NCBI GenBank assembly: GCA_964658305.1 | Contig: OZ210885.1 | Location: 1,612,001-1,676,000, forward strand | Source of the DNA: Leptogorgia sarmentosa | Taxonomy: Eukaryota | Direction of reading: 5' to 3' | DNA: 64,000 nt | Shown here: one piece after another, positions 13,946-26,570 of the stretch | Numbering within the stretch: the first letter of the stretch is position 1 | Layout of the letters: each line of letters starts with the position of its first letter | Notes under the pieces: generated by a model | What the model was told of the DNA's origin: nothing | What the model saw: only the letters and a program-made list of their open reading frames with translations | Database searches by the model: none | Translations under genes and position numbers: made by a program

Positions 13946-14615
13946 TACATTTCAGCCATCTTTACCCCAAGCAAGAAAAAGTAGACATTGTAGAAGATCC
14001 CGCATTTTTACGAAGATCAAGAATTGTTAGTTACTTATCGAATAATCTTAAACAGTTGTATGTTACTTTTTAACAATTAGGAACAGGCGTACACGTTAAA
14101 GGAATTTTTGGGGGGGGGGGGGGTAGGGTTCAGGGAACTCGGGGGCCGACCTGGCAATATTCAAATCTCACGACGCGCCACCATGATTGGCACCGAGCGA
14201 GAATAATTTTAATTTGAACATTCAGAACATGCATGTTTTCACACACGTATGTGATTTGCAATGTATTTATTATGATTTACTACATATTTTCGCCCAGCTA
14301 TGTGAATTGTAATATGTTTGAAAAAAGTTATATAACATAAACGGCCGGGTGTTAAAAAAAGGTCTAAAAAATCTATTGTTTGAATGCGCCTGAGCACTGT
14401 AAGTCGAACGCAAAGATGCAGAAAATCTTTAGCCTATATTGCCTGATTAAAGTTTCTTTGTAAAGCTCCAAGATTGTTCGCTCTTGGGAATTTGAAGCGC
14501 GGCTTCTTGCATTTAAAGAAGGAAAATTTTTGCATAAATGATGAACTCGTCGCAGATCAAGCCATTCAAACTGGAACAATAGCTCATTTCAATCGTTTGC
14601 CTTTTTTAGTTACAC

Positions 14616-15005
14616 CTAGTTCAAACGTCGAACTTTTTACATGAACCGATCATGTCCACCGATTAGATCGACTGTGGCTCGACCCTAAAGGTTAGTTAAC
14701 TCAGACGTCGAATTCTTGTCGAAGCTAGTTGAGAGACCGTCATTTCGCGTCATTTTCATTAAATTAGTCCATCTTGCCAGGACACTTGTAGATATGGAAG
14801 AATAACATCATTTGGTTCATGTAAACTTCGACGTTTGAATGCGACTCGATCCAAAGTCGTAATTCCGACAGCCGTTGTCGAACTTTCAGATTGGGTCGAC
14901 CATAACGACATGAGTCGAAACTAACTGATTCAGACGTCGATCTTTACATGAGCTCAATCTCTAAAACTAAGATCGTTTTATGCAAAGTTCGACGTTTGAA
15001 CTAGG
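14616..15005. mobile_element. MITE (possibly PIF/Harbinger-type) with internal repeats of the TIR core
   Basis: CCTAGTTCAAACGTCGAACTT ... AAGTTCGACGTTTGAACTAGG; ACGTCGAA-like motif is repeated internally. Confidence 0.6.
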
Positions 15006-15445
15006 CTTTAGACACCTTGTGTTCTACAAATTCCTTAATTATTAAGGTGAATTCAGTGAAGTCGACTGAATTTGGTTGTTTGATTACAATGAATTGAGAA
15101 TATCTTACGCATTGCACGCTTTCGCGGAGGAGGGAGGGGGGGGCTTCGTTTACAGAACAACACTTAAGATGAGACGGAAGAGCAAATACGGGCGTCAGGA
15201 TAAACAACCATATATAAGGAACAACTGAAGATGCATGCACGTTCTAACATATTGTTGCTGCTAAGCAACGTGTGATGTATGTTCTGACCAATAGCTTTCG
15301 ATTCTCATATCTTCGGGCCAAGGTAGTGCGTCACAATGTGTGGGTGATGTATTAAATAATTATAAGCACTTTATTCGTGTTTGAAAACGCAGAATTAAGA
15401 CGGGCGAGTGATGAACATAACATTAAAAGTACTCTTTAAAAAAAT

Positions 15446-17961
15446 ATGGCTATGTCAAAATGCGTTAGTTTTGGTTCGATCTTAGTTGGATGTTCTTTGT
15501 TGATGTTGACATTCATCTCCGTTATTTGCGGTGGGGTTTTTTTGAGCAAAGCGAAGGGTCCAAACTCAGCTTACGCAAGCGTCCGCTTGTGGGGGTTATA
15601 TGTAAGTACACAACGTTTACGCAATAACAACAATTCCATTTCATATCATGGATCCCGTTTAATTACTAACCATTTGGCTTAACCTTTACAGTATTTCCCA
15701 TAATTGAATAAATAACGTATACAAAGCCATGATTTTGTATTGGCGTTTCTCCGCGTTTAGTTTGCGATCATGTGTTTTATTTAGCCGTTGGCCAACTTTT
15801 CATTATTCTATGGACCTACTGATTCATCACAGTTAGGACTTGGAATTAGCAGTAACTTGAAGTAGCGAATTACGTTTTTTTCTCTAAACACTATCACTGG
15901 GTTGCTGCAGCAAAGATATTCAAATTACGTAATTTGCACATTTTGAAGAAAACGACGATGTTTCATGCATGCCTGGGGAGATTAGTTTGTGTTTCTAAAC
16001 TAGCTTGATGGCTTATTGAATAAAAAACAATGACGGCAGTCAAATTGAGCTATTGTAGATGGGGAAATGACTGCGCGTCAGCAGAACGCCAGTCAAGGGT
16101 CTCATAAACGTCCTTGATTTCAATTTAAATTGGCACAGGTATAATTATATGAGGGTATCTTCGTACGGTTGTTTATTCTGCATTAACGTTGATCGAATCC
16201 GTGATTATTTCGGAAATAGTGATTGCTATCGAAAGAATTCTTTCAAACACACATTTGTTGTCAAAACCAACAAACAGTGGTCGCGGAAGATCGATAATTG
16301 GGGGGGGGGCTCATTAATTCATATATTCGTGTTCTGCATTACTAATTTCTTTTAAAATGAATTGTTTTCAAGGTCTGTAAACACGAATATATGAAAATGA
16401 TCCCCCTCCAAAGAAAATTTCGATCTTCCGCGGTCACTGGAAGGCAAATTTTCTTTTTCTCCTTCTGCTACAAACCTGCAGTACTGCATGTCTTTCCGAC
16501 CTGTCCTTTGTAAAGAATACACAGCCCTTTGGCGCAAATCTAATTTATATCTTTAATTTTAGTTTGCAATTCCCGGAGTGTTTAGTATTATAGCTGGATA
16601 CAAACAAATCTCAAGCATGGTAAGAGAAGCTTCCGTTTTTTAAAGTTAGTATTGCCACGTACAAAAAAATCGTAAAAAACATTCACGTGTCAACATTGAA
16701 CTAAAAATAAATAAATATTTTTAGTTCAATGCTTGTCAAAGATAATATGACATGCATTTAGCAAACGGAAGTTGTGTTATAACATTAATAAACATGCATT
16801 AAAACAGTTGGGCCATTTATATCAAACAAAATAAAAGTACTCCACGGCTTTTCCCTGAAATTGCTTAAAACGCGTCGGTAAAACCTGTTAAGAATTTGTG
16901 GTACATGTCTTAACGTAATATTATATCAATTTTCCTGTAGCTGATTGCCGCACTTCCAACCCACATCGCTGGGATTGCTTTCGCAATTGCTGGATTTATA
17001 ACTGAATTACTGTATTGGAGTGGGTAGCATTTTAATTTTATTCGATTCGATTAGGATCAGGATTAGCATTACGGTTTTGGGTTAAGATTAGGGTTAGGAT
17101 CAAATTCGGAACTACACAATTCTTATAACATGAAATACCATGATATTTTTCATGTATAATAGTATACTATAGTATGATTATACGTACTAATTAACAATTA
17201 GAATACGAACTTGAAATCTCTATTAAAGAGCAAAGGATCAAATACTACAATATTTCAAAAAATAATTAACTAAGAAGACATTTTCTTCAACCAAAATTCA
17301 CATGTTTTGCGCTACACGTTATCTATCGAGGAAGAGATAGCGAGTAGAATAGCCAATCAAATTGCAGCATTTGCAATAGTATGATTCTACTAATTGGTCT
17401 TATAATGTATATTACCGATCAACTTTCCATTCTAAGGAGTTAAGTCCATCCTAAGCATGACGTAACCATTTCGAGAGAGTGACAAGTTTGACAAGTTTCA
17501 AGCGTCGAGTTTTAACATTGAAATCTCTAACCTTTTAGTATATTTTGATAACCTGGACACTTCGGAGGACTTTCGTGGTGTTGCTGGTCTAGTCACGATA
17601 ATCTTCGCCTTGTTTGCTATCCTCACGTTAATAGGATCAATTTATGGATGCACGGGAGCCTGCACTGCCGGCCATAGACAACAGGTAAACAAACTAAGCA
17701 CACTATTATATATTGATAAATATTTCATAAATATATTTCATGGTATACAAGACCTGAGTGAGTGATATTATACCTGGTTGCCGTAAACGAACTAATTTTA
17801 ATGATGCAGTATATACGTGGTGTAATTATTATTTCTTATCTCAACAGGAACGTACGGGTATAGTCACAACAACTCAACCAGCTATAGTGATACTGCCACC
17901 ACTAGCATATCCAGCTTCCTATGACCAACCACCACCACCGTATGATCAAGGTCATGAATAA
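15446..17961 (+). CDS. Four-transmembrane MS4A/CD20-like protein with C-terminal PPPPY motif (~183 aa); exons 15446-15601, 16563-16619, 16941-17019, 17539-17684, 17848-17961
   Basis: Spliced translation gives four hydrophobic segments, LWGLY|FAIPGVFSIIAG, SIYGCTGAC and a Pro-rich tail (DQPPPPYDQ); phases are consistent. Confidence 0.7.
16694..16731. mobile_element. 38-bp palindromic micro-MITE (CA..TG)
   Basis: CATTGAACTAAAAATA...TATTTTTAGTTCAATG; flanks CGTGTCAA / CTTGTCAA (8-bp TSD, 1 mismatch). Confidence 0.5.
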
Positions 17962-18270
17962 CAAACTTCAATTCGACGCTTAAAATCGTTTTTGATGCCT
18001 CATGTACATTATTGTATATATACTGTATATAGCTATAAAACTAGTATACATACATTTTTAAATGTAAATTTGTGCACATTGATTCACTAGATTGTATACA
18101 ATATATTTATCGTATGGCTTTTTATATTTTTCTGTTCTGATTGGTTGACAAGCGGTCCGTAAAAACCCATATCTGGACCGTGGTCCGTATTTCCGTATCT
18201 GGACCGGTGTTCCGGATGCAGGGGCGAAATTTAAGGCCGGGGTTAGGGGGTGACTATAGAGGGAGTTCGG

Positions 18271-18323
18271 CAACCTCGTCCCCAGGGCCTTTCTGCACCA
18301 GAAAGGCCCTGGGGACGAGGTTG
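18271..18323. mobile_element. 53-bp hairpin MITE with 9-bp TSD
   Basis: CAACCTCGTCCCCAGGGCCTTTCTG...CAGAAAGGCCCTGGGGACGAGGTTG; TSD GGAGTTCGG (18262-18270, 18324-18332). Confidence 0.8.
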
Positions 18324-20221
18324 GGAGTTCGGCAAAAAGGGATGTCGTTTATCTGGCGGGAAATTTCGCTTTGCAAACAGAAAACATTTTTGCTTTTTAA
18401 TTTTCCAATTTAAAATTTACAGATAAAAATTTCAAACAACCAAATTGTTTATTATTGAGCATGTATGTCTACCGTACTGTTATACCATGTGAAACTGATG
18501 ATAGCCTAAATTGACTATTCGCGCGAAAAGCATATGCTCAGACTCAATTCGGTCATATAATAAACAGATTATTGAGCTCACTTGTTCGTTCTGTACTGTG
18601 AATTATCAGACCTCGGCATTTTGCATTAAAAAAACCTCCGTCTTGATATTTTACAGTCCTACGGTACGGACCTCTCGCATTCTCGTAGATACAAATATAG
18701 TTAATGCGGTTTTTGTTTTTTAAATTTGAATGGCCGCTTTTTATATTATAAAACATTCAAAACGAACTTAGGCGATAAAGAACACATGAGACCTCGACAG
18801 AATATTTTCCAGTATGGACCTCCCAGCCGGTAAATAACATAATTATATACAGTATATTATTCTCTAGTTTGCAAATAATGTGGAGTTATTGGAACAACGA
18901 AACGATCTTCAAAAATGTTAACAGAATTATAATCAAGTAATTGCTTGAGAAGGGGATTTATCCATTCAAAGTCATCAGGGCAAATTTTGCGAATTGTTCA
19001 ACAGGAGAACAACTACGTTTGTCCAAATTCACATGAACGTGAATAAGACTACATATTGTATGGCGTTAGAAAACTCATTGGAAAAATGCAAGAGGACACG
19101 ATGCATGTGACTTAATTAATTAAAACATCGGACAAGATGAATTTCATATTTTTTCAAAGATTTTGTCAGTTTTTTTATAGGCTTGAGCCTTCATATGCAA
19201 TATTTTACCAACCACATTAACAGGAATTTGATCTAGCAAACGATTAAGTGTTGATCATCTTTCTGCATGGTGATTTTGTTTGAAGAAAACCCTCAACAGT
19301 GACGGCAACTAAATTCTAAAAGTAGACAGGATAAAACTACAGCAGGGGACAATTAACGTCCCGCATGGTAGACGGCATGCTCTGTCGTCATTGATATGTT
19401 TCATCACTGGCCTCGATCATTTTTATCTGTCGTTTTATAAAGCCATGAAGGGACAAATATTGCAGGTACATATATGTATAGTAAAATAAACAGGGAGTGA
19501 TGTTATCGGCCCATGAGCGATAAACGTGAGTATAATGACAAACCTACTGGTGCGAATACGTTTACTCTACGTTCTTCAAGGCCTTCGTAGCCCTGTCTTA
19601 AATTCTGATATGTAGCAGTGAGATTCGTGAAGATTAACAATGCAGACATTGCTACGTTAATTAAAAACAGCGCTTACAACAATGCTAAAAATTTGCATAA
19701 ACAAACTTGTCGAAGTGATTCCATTTCTAGCTATAGTATTGCGTTTCGCTCGTAATAATTTATTAACGTATTACTCGACTGTGATTAGCTCATTTCAATG
19801 CAGTTAGTCTATCCCAAATTAATCACCTTGCAATTTTCTGTTTATACCTATTTTGCGAATGCATTTCTGTATACACAAATCGTCATTTAAATATTTACAT
19901 AGCCTATTTTGTAGCTACTTTTTCAAATTTCAATGGCATTGAAAGTTGACAAAACATTTTTCCACATCAATTTTTCCATATCAGAGCATTATTAGACTTA
20001 CTACAGTATTGTTACACACCGTTATTTGTCTTTCCCTGTGCTTTGTCTAGATTGAGCAAACTGCTGAAGGTTAATGACGTATTCATTGACATTGACGCGA
20101 ATGATCGAGTGCATGATTGAGTTGTCTTATCAGTTTGGAAAGGAATTAATTTTCACTGGTTTGAGTCATTTGGTTACAACCCTTGCAAACGTGAACAGTT
20201 CTTTTCATTTGAAGTGACAAA

Positions 20222-22137
20222 ATGTCGGTGTCGTTTAAACTTGCTAAACATTCTGTTGTTCTCTCGCTGATAGCTTTGCAGTGGTTCTATGTTACGCAAG
20301 GCAAGGTAATATATTTGACAATACTCATTTGTCAAAATTTTGTGTGCATTAATATGTATATTTTACAATTTCTTGACAAACCCTTAACTCGTTTCATTAC
20401 AATGGACTGCCAACATTAAACATTGGTCCTGTACACATCATATAGGCCTTCAACGTTATGATTCGTTATGGCTAATGGATACACAACGTTTGCTGCTTAT
20501 TCGATGTTTATTGGCAAACTATTGATTAACATATCAACCACATTATAACCCCATATAGACACTGTATGGTATTCAAAAACATAGGAGTTAGGTCCCGGAC
20601 AACAAACGTATTCTGTATGCATTCTCAACGTTTCTTTATAGGCGGACGATTTGGCAACAGCGGGCAAACATTTCCTGGATGTGCTAGTAAAGAAAATCTC
20701 AAAGCAAGACGCACGATTGCACAAGATCGAAGAAACGTTAAATGGTAAAATTGATTCTTTGATACAATACTGATTATTCACAATTTACCCAATGGCCTCG
20801 TTTTCACGCTGGATATTTACTCGTATTTCGCGCACCGAAGCTGAGTATTTTGGCAACCTTTTTAATCAACGAAATTTTTTCTGAAGTATTTCGTTGAATA
20901 TAAATACAGGATAACGCAGTTGACAGAAGGTCAAATCAATGAACAGTTCGATGGGAAACAAACGAGTTTTTAATTTCCGTTTGTCATCTCCAGCAAATGC
21001 GCAATGGCATTGCCGCCTAGCTACACTATTTTTGTTGACAAAACGATGTTTACCCAGCGAATTTCTGTCCTTTTTGCCACAAAATTGAAATAATAGGTGT
21101 GTCAGTAGTTAAACACAATTGCCTAAATTTTGTAAGGGAATTGTAGTTTTCGCTTGGTTTTTCAATCGAATGCAACGCAATGTCGAACATTCATTCAATC
21201 ATAGCAAAAGGATCGATGTGTTGAAACATTTTTGATCCTTGAGTTTGCACATGACGGCATAATAATTGTTCAATTCATGCTAATATTTGTTTTCATTTCT
21301 TTAGAACTTAAAAAAGGCCAGACCAGAGATAACCCAGGGAAGAGTTGCAAAGACATTTTTGACTCGAGTTTCTACGTCTATAAAAGTGATGCGTACTGGA
21401 TCCAACCCGATGGCGATTCTTCTCCTGTCCGAACCTACTGTGATATGAATTTCCAGGGTGGGGGGTGGACCTTGGCAAGCTATGGTTATGTTACAACGAC
21501 TGCTTATAGCACATTTGACAATAGAAATAAAGATATTCCCAATATGAACCATCCTAACGGTTTCACCTGGCACCCGATTAACCGCAGTAATTCTCAAGGT
21601 GTTATAGCACTTGATCATGGCGCAGTAAATCTGGCCCGAAATGCAAAGTTTATGATAATGGCTGGTGGAGGAGATCCTGTGTCAGGTGGTATAAACCAAT
21701 ACAGTTACGTTTTTTTCATCGATATCAGCTATAATCCGTATACGATCACGTTTGCAAACCACAACCGTTACCATGGAGCCACTGGGACGTCCAGCATTCC
21801 CAAGATGCATGTCGTTGAGTTCACTGTGAAAGCTCTGAAAGGTGAAACCGGAAGTGAAAAGAGATATGCTTTGGCTGAAGCACTTGGTGTGACCTGGGGC
21901 GACACATACCCAACGGGTTACGGATTTGCACCGTTCAAATCTCAGTATGGCACTTGGAACAAAGGTCCTTTCTTTCCTAGTGTTCACAGCGGAGATAGAC
22001 CACATGATACTTTATGTAAAGCAGGAAAATCCTATTCACCGGATGTAAAAAAAGGATGCCCAATTTATGCAAATTATGGATGGCAAACTTTGTATTCAAC
22101 CCAGAAGACAGGACAAATATCAATATGGTTCAAATAA
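20222..22137 (+). CDS. Secreted protein (~339 aa) with fibrinogen/intelectin-type SCKDI..YWI..YCDM..GGGWTL motif followed by an unassigned domain; exons 20222-20305, 20642-20744, 21305-22137
   Basis: Signal peptide in exon 1; short coiled-coil-like exon 2 after a polypyrimidine acceptor (TTTCTTTATAG); phases 0 and 1 are consistent; motif NPGKSCKDIF..YWIQPDG..RTYCDMNFQGGGWTL. Confidence 0.75.
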
Positions 22138-22612
22138 CTGTTATTATTACACTTCTTTCTAACACAGAAGTTCATCATTTATCAGATTAAAATTCAGATC
22201 AGTTGTAGAACTTACATGATGTACCTCTTTTAGCTAAGGAAATGTTGATCAGAACTTTGTGGAAATTCTTTCAAACTTAATCAAAATTTCAAACATAAAA
22301 ATTAATAAATATGTTATAGCAAATCCAGTACCTAATTTATATCTTGTATTTAGTATTTTAGTTATAGATAAATTAGTCTAGTTCAGTTATCTCTAGTTCA
22401 GAGACGACAGGTGTTATAGAATAATGTATAATTATTTGTTTTCAATATTCAAAGGTAATAATTATTATAACGAGTACGTGAATTCACACTGAACATTCGT
22501 AACTGGATTACTCGTTTGCATTCGCCAAAAGGAGGAAATGGCCAAAGAAATGGGCCTTGAATGTTGCGTGAGTTTTGCAAATATGAATTCGTGTACGTGA
22601 AATCATTGTTTT

Positions 22613-22882
22613 CAGAAACGCGGAGGAAGTTTTCAAAATCGGAGGGGGGGGGGGGGCAACCTCAGTAGGCACCAGCAAGATTGACGTCGAGCGAGAACAT
22701 TGGGAACATTTAGGGTCTCTAGATCGCGGGAAATTACCATTTCGGAGTCCAAACTTGACCTTTTTAGTTGGCTTCTTTGGGTATGCAAATGAAATATTGC
22801 AAGAAAGAATTTTTGCCCCCCCCCGAAGCTCAACATTGGGGAGGGCACGGTCCCCGTGGCCCCTTCGGTTCCTGCGTCCCTG
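22613..22882. mobile_element. hAT-type MITE, also present in duplicate copy (~25867-26122)
   Basis: CAG..CCCTG termini with 8-bp TSD ATTGTTTT; shared by both copies, so it predates the duplication. Confidence 0.65.
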
Positions 22883-23352
22883 ATTGTTTTTGCATTGACA
22901 AAATGGTCACAATTTGTAGCGTTACTAGGTAGCGTACATATTCAATTGTTGTGAGTGAAAGGTGTATATACATCCTCACTTTAATTATCTCAACCCAACA
23001 TGATTCATTCATACACTTTATTGCAAATAATGGCTAATACCAAAGTTACATAAGCGATTATATAATATTATCATTAAACTGAAAAAGTCGATCGCCGCAA
23101 CAGTGCGCTTGATCTCAAATTAGTCACCTGTACATTCCAAAGGATGAATGGGACAGTTGCGGCAATTTTATGAGCTTATTTTTAGACGTACTCATAATAC
23201 AATTATATTTTTGCCAAACTAATTGTGCCATACGGTAACAATTGATGAATTAATGCTTGATGTTACTTTTCCAATCAAAATCTTATAAGGCTAAATGTAA
23301 TAAAACAAAGCAGTCTACTTGAACGTACTGAGTTTTATAGAAGTGCTTTACA

Positions 23353-25422
23353 CTACTGCGCCATATCAACATCGTCGTATTTTTCATTCACGACTTTCAT
23401 GACTGCAACGTAATATAGGCTTCCTTCCAATGTAAATGTGCGCGTGACAGGCTCAGGAAATTTGAAAACATGAGGTACTGTTGGCTCACACCAGCATTTG
23501 TTTTTACGATCATATTTCTTCACGTCACACCACGTTTTAATGAATCGCTGATTCTGGAATCTGACTTCAATGCTCTTGACGTGCATGGGTATTTCTACTG
23601 TAGAACCACTTCCTTCGACAATGTTTTGGGTTTTCTCGCCTTTACCGTCTGAGTAATCCACTATCATTCTTGTGCAGTACGGTTCTTTGCAATAATAGGT
23701 TATCACGGACCTATTAAGTAAGAATGAAATAGTCTATAATGTACGTCCATGCTCACGAGCTGCACTACCTGAAGACAACCATACTCATAGGCGTACAGAA
23801 CCTGTCAACTGGAGAGGCGTCACTTCTTGCGCGAAAAATTGTTTACAATAGGGTTTTACCGGTAGCGGTTATATACAGCGAAGTTGTTGGCGGGGGATAG
23901 TGATGTTATTACCTGAAAATAGTTTTCATTCCTCCCTTTTTCTATTTATTTCATGATAGTGCATACAGTAGGTACTTGGGCGAGGGCGTAAGACACGGCA
24001 GCAGTGATGGGCAGTTGGAGCCTACGAGGCACCACCATGGTTGGCGCCGAGTGAAAAGGTCGTCGGAAATGGCACTTTCGGGGATTCTATCCGCTTTCGT
24101 TAGGTATATTTTTATGTTGGCGTATAAAATTATACAAAAACAAGAAAATGGACATGAAAAACACTATAAAAATTACTCATTCATTGCCTCATTTTATATG
24201 ACAGACTCGTGTATAATGCAGACATTTAGTTTAAAGTAAAGATTTTAATTTATCGATTATTTACTCATCACAGTATGCATGTGTACAATTTTATTGTTTC
24301 AGGGCCATAATTCCCCGAAATTTGAAACAAATTCCTGGAAAAGCTGGTGATTCCCGAATCCCCCATGCACCTCCCGGCTTGTACACCCATCCCATGACCG
24401 GAGAAAATGTTAGCGAGACTTACTCAAGTATTTCTTCCAATTTGAATTCTGCGTTAGGATTTTCATTGCTGTTTTACAAATTGCAAAAAACAATTAGCAA
24501 GATAGTTTAATTAATGTATGGTTGCCAGCTCTATAATTAATCGATCATGAAAAAGTCGAAAATCTACAACATACTTACAGTATTCATATCTTTCATGCCT
24601 TACCTATTCACATCGTTGATTTCGAAATCTGGTGTTGCATTTTCATTGCTGTTGTTCGGAAAATAGGAAAACAAGAAATAATTAGTTATTATTTCAAAGT
24701 TTGTAGTTTACACCATGAAAGGAGTTTTATTATCGCGAAATACAAACTACAAACTTCAAAATAATATTATAATTTTCACTATGCAAACTTTCAATTAAAG
24801 GATTACGAAATAGTAATTCCGTGGAAAAAAGTCAATAGTTTGCACATTATAAATTTATTTCTGTTTAATTAAGAAGACGTACGCGTAATACCACGGGAGT
24901 CGTGCAGTTTAACTCTGCGTTTCCTGTCCGTTCCTTTTGAGTGTCTATGCTATACCACTGAGCACTACTTGAAAGAAGCCAAAGCTTACCTCGTTTCGCT
25001 TGGTTCTTCATTTTGTTCCGCTGTGTCCCCTTTTTGTTTAGTATCACAACTAGTTTAATTTTGTAAAAGATGAGAAATACATTAGAATTTAGCAGTGCGA
25101 GGATTTAAAGATCTCAAATTAAACATTAGAGTGGTTTAAAAAATCCGAAGAAAATATCCTCAAGCCAACATATTTGGATCAGTGGCTTTATAAAATAATC
25201 GGGTAGTGAATAATAGAAATATGTATGCGAATACCTGGACATCGAACCAACCACCATTGGATTAACAACATGTTCCACGCAGTCTGTTATTCCTGACAAC
25301 TTTTGTTTAATTGCCTCAACTTTCGTCTTTCCCATCGTCTTCAATTTTGCCTCGGCTTTTGCAGCACTAGCACAAATCACGCCAATTCCTGACCCTACAA
25401 CTGGCTCTTTAACAGTATTTAA
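23353..25422 (-). pseudogene. 5'-truncated duplicate of the J-domain gene 3' exons (25422-25235, 25049-24990, 24648-24604, 23710-23353); frames are open, so these could be alternative terminal exons
   Basis: Splice sites and phases (all phase 2) match copy 2; the large exon is cut at the duplication junction near 25422. Confidence 0.6.
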
Positions 25423-26570
25423 TAGAAATTCATCATTTATCAGATTAAAATTCAGATTGTAGAACTTACATGATGTACCTCTTTTTATAGCTAAGGAAAT
25501 GTTGATCAGAACTTTGTGGAAATTCTTTCAAACTTAATTAATCAAACTTTCAAACATAAAAATTACATAATGTTATAGCAAATCCAGTACCTAATTTATA
25601 TCTTGTATTTAGTATTTTAGTTATAGGTAAATTAGTCTAGTTCAGTTATCTCCAGTTCAGAGACGACAGGTGTTATCGAATAATATATAATTATTTGTTT
25701 TCAATATTGAAAGGTAATAATTATTATAACGCCGGACTACGTGAATTAATACTGAACATTCGTAACTGGTTTGCTCGTTTACATTCGCCAAAAGGAGGAA
25801 ATGGCCAAAAAAATGGGCCTTGAATGTTGCGTGAGTTTGGCAAATATGAATTCGTGTAATTGTTTTCAGGAACGAAGGAACGTTTTCAAAATCGGGGGGG
25901 GCAACCTCAGTAGGCATCAGCAAGGTTGACGTCAGCGAGAAAATTTTGAACATTTATGTTCTCTAGATCGCGGGGAATGATCATATATCGGAGTCCAAAC
26001 TCAACCTTTTTAGTGGTTTCTTTGGGTATGCAAATGAAAGATTGTGAGAAAGAATCCCCCCCCCGAAGCTCAACAATGGGAAGGGCACGGTGCCCGTGGC
26101 CCCCTCGGTTCCTGCGTCCCGGATTGTTTTTGCATTGACAAAAATGGTCACAATTTGTAGCGTTACTAGCTGGCGTACATATTCAATTGTTGTGAGTGAA
26201 AGGTGTTGAATTACTGTATCCTCACTTTAATTATCTCAACTTCATTCATACATTTTATTGCATATAATGGCTAATACCAAAGTTACATAAGTGATTATAT
26301 AATATTATCATTAAACTGAAAAGGTCGCCGCAACAGTGCATTTGATCTCAAATTAGTCACCTGTACATTCCAAAGGATGAATGGGACAGTTGCGGCAATT
26401 TTATGAGCTTATTTTTAGACGTACTCATAATACAATTATATTTTTGCCAAACTAATTGTGCCATACGGTAACAATTAATGCTTGATGTTACTTTTTCAAT
26501 CAAAATCTTCTTAGGCTAAATGTAATAAAACAAAGCAATCTACTACTGAGTTTTATAGAAGTGCTTTACA

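Noticed and set aside
20559..20641. Longer exon 2 for the secreted protein, containing two in-frame TAG codons (pseudogene or readthrough)
   Set aside because: A strong acceptor at 20640-20641 with the phase-0 donor after 20305 gives an intact frame without invoking stops.
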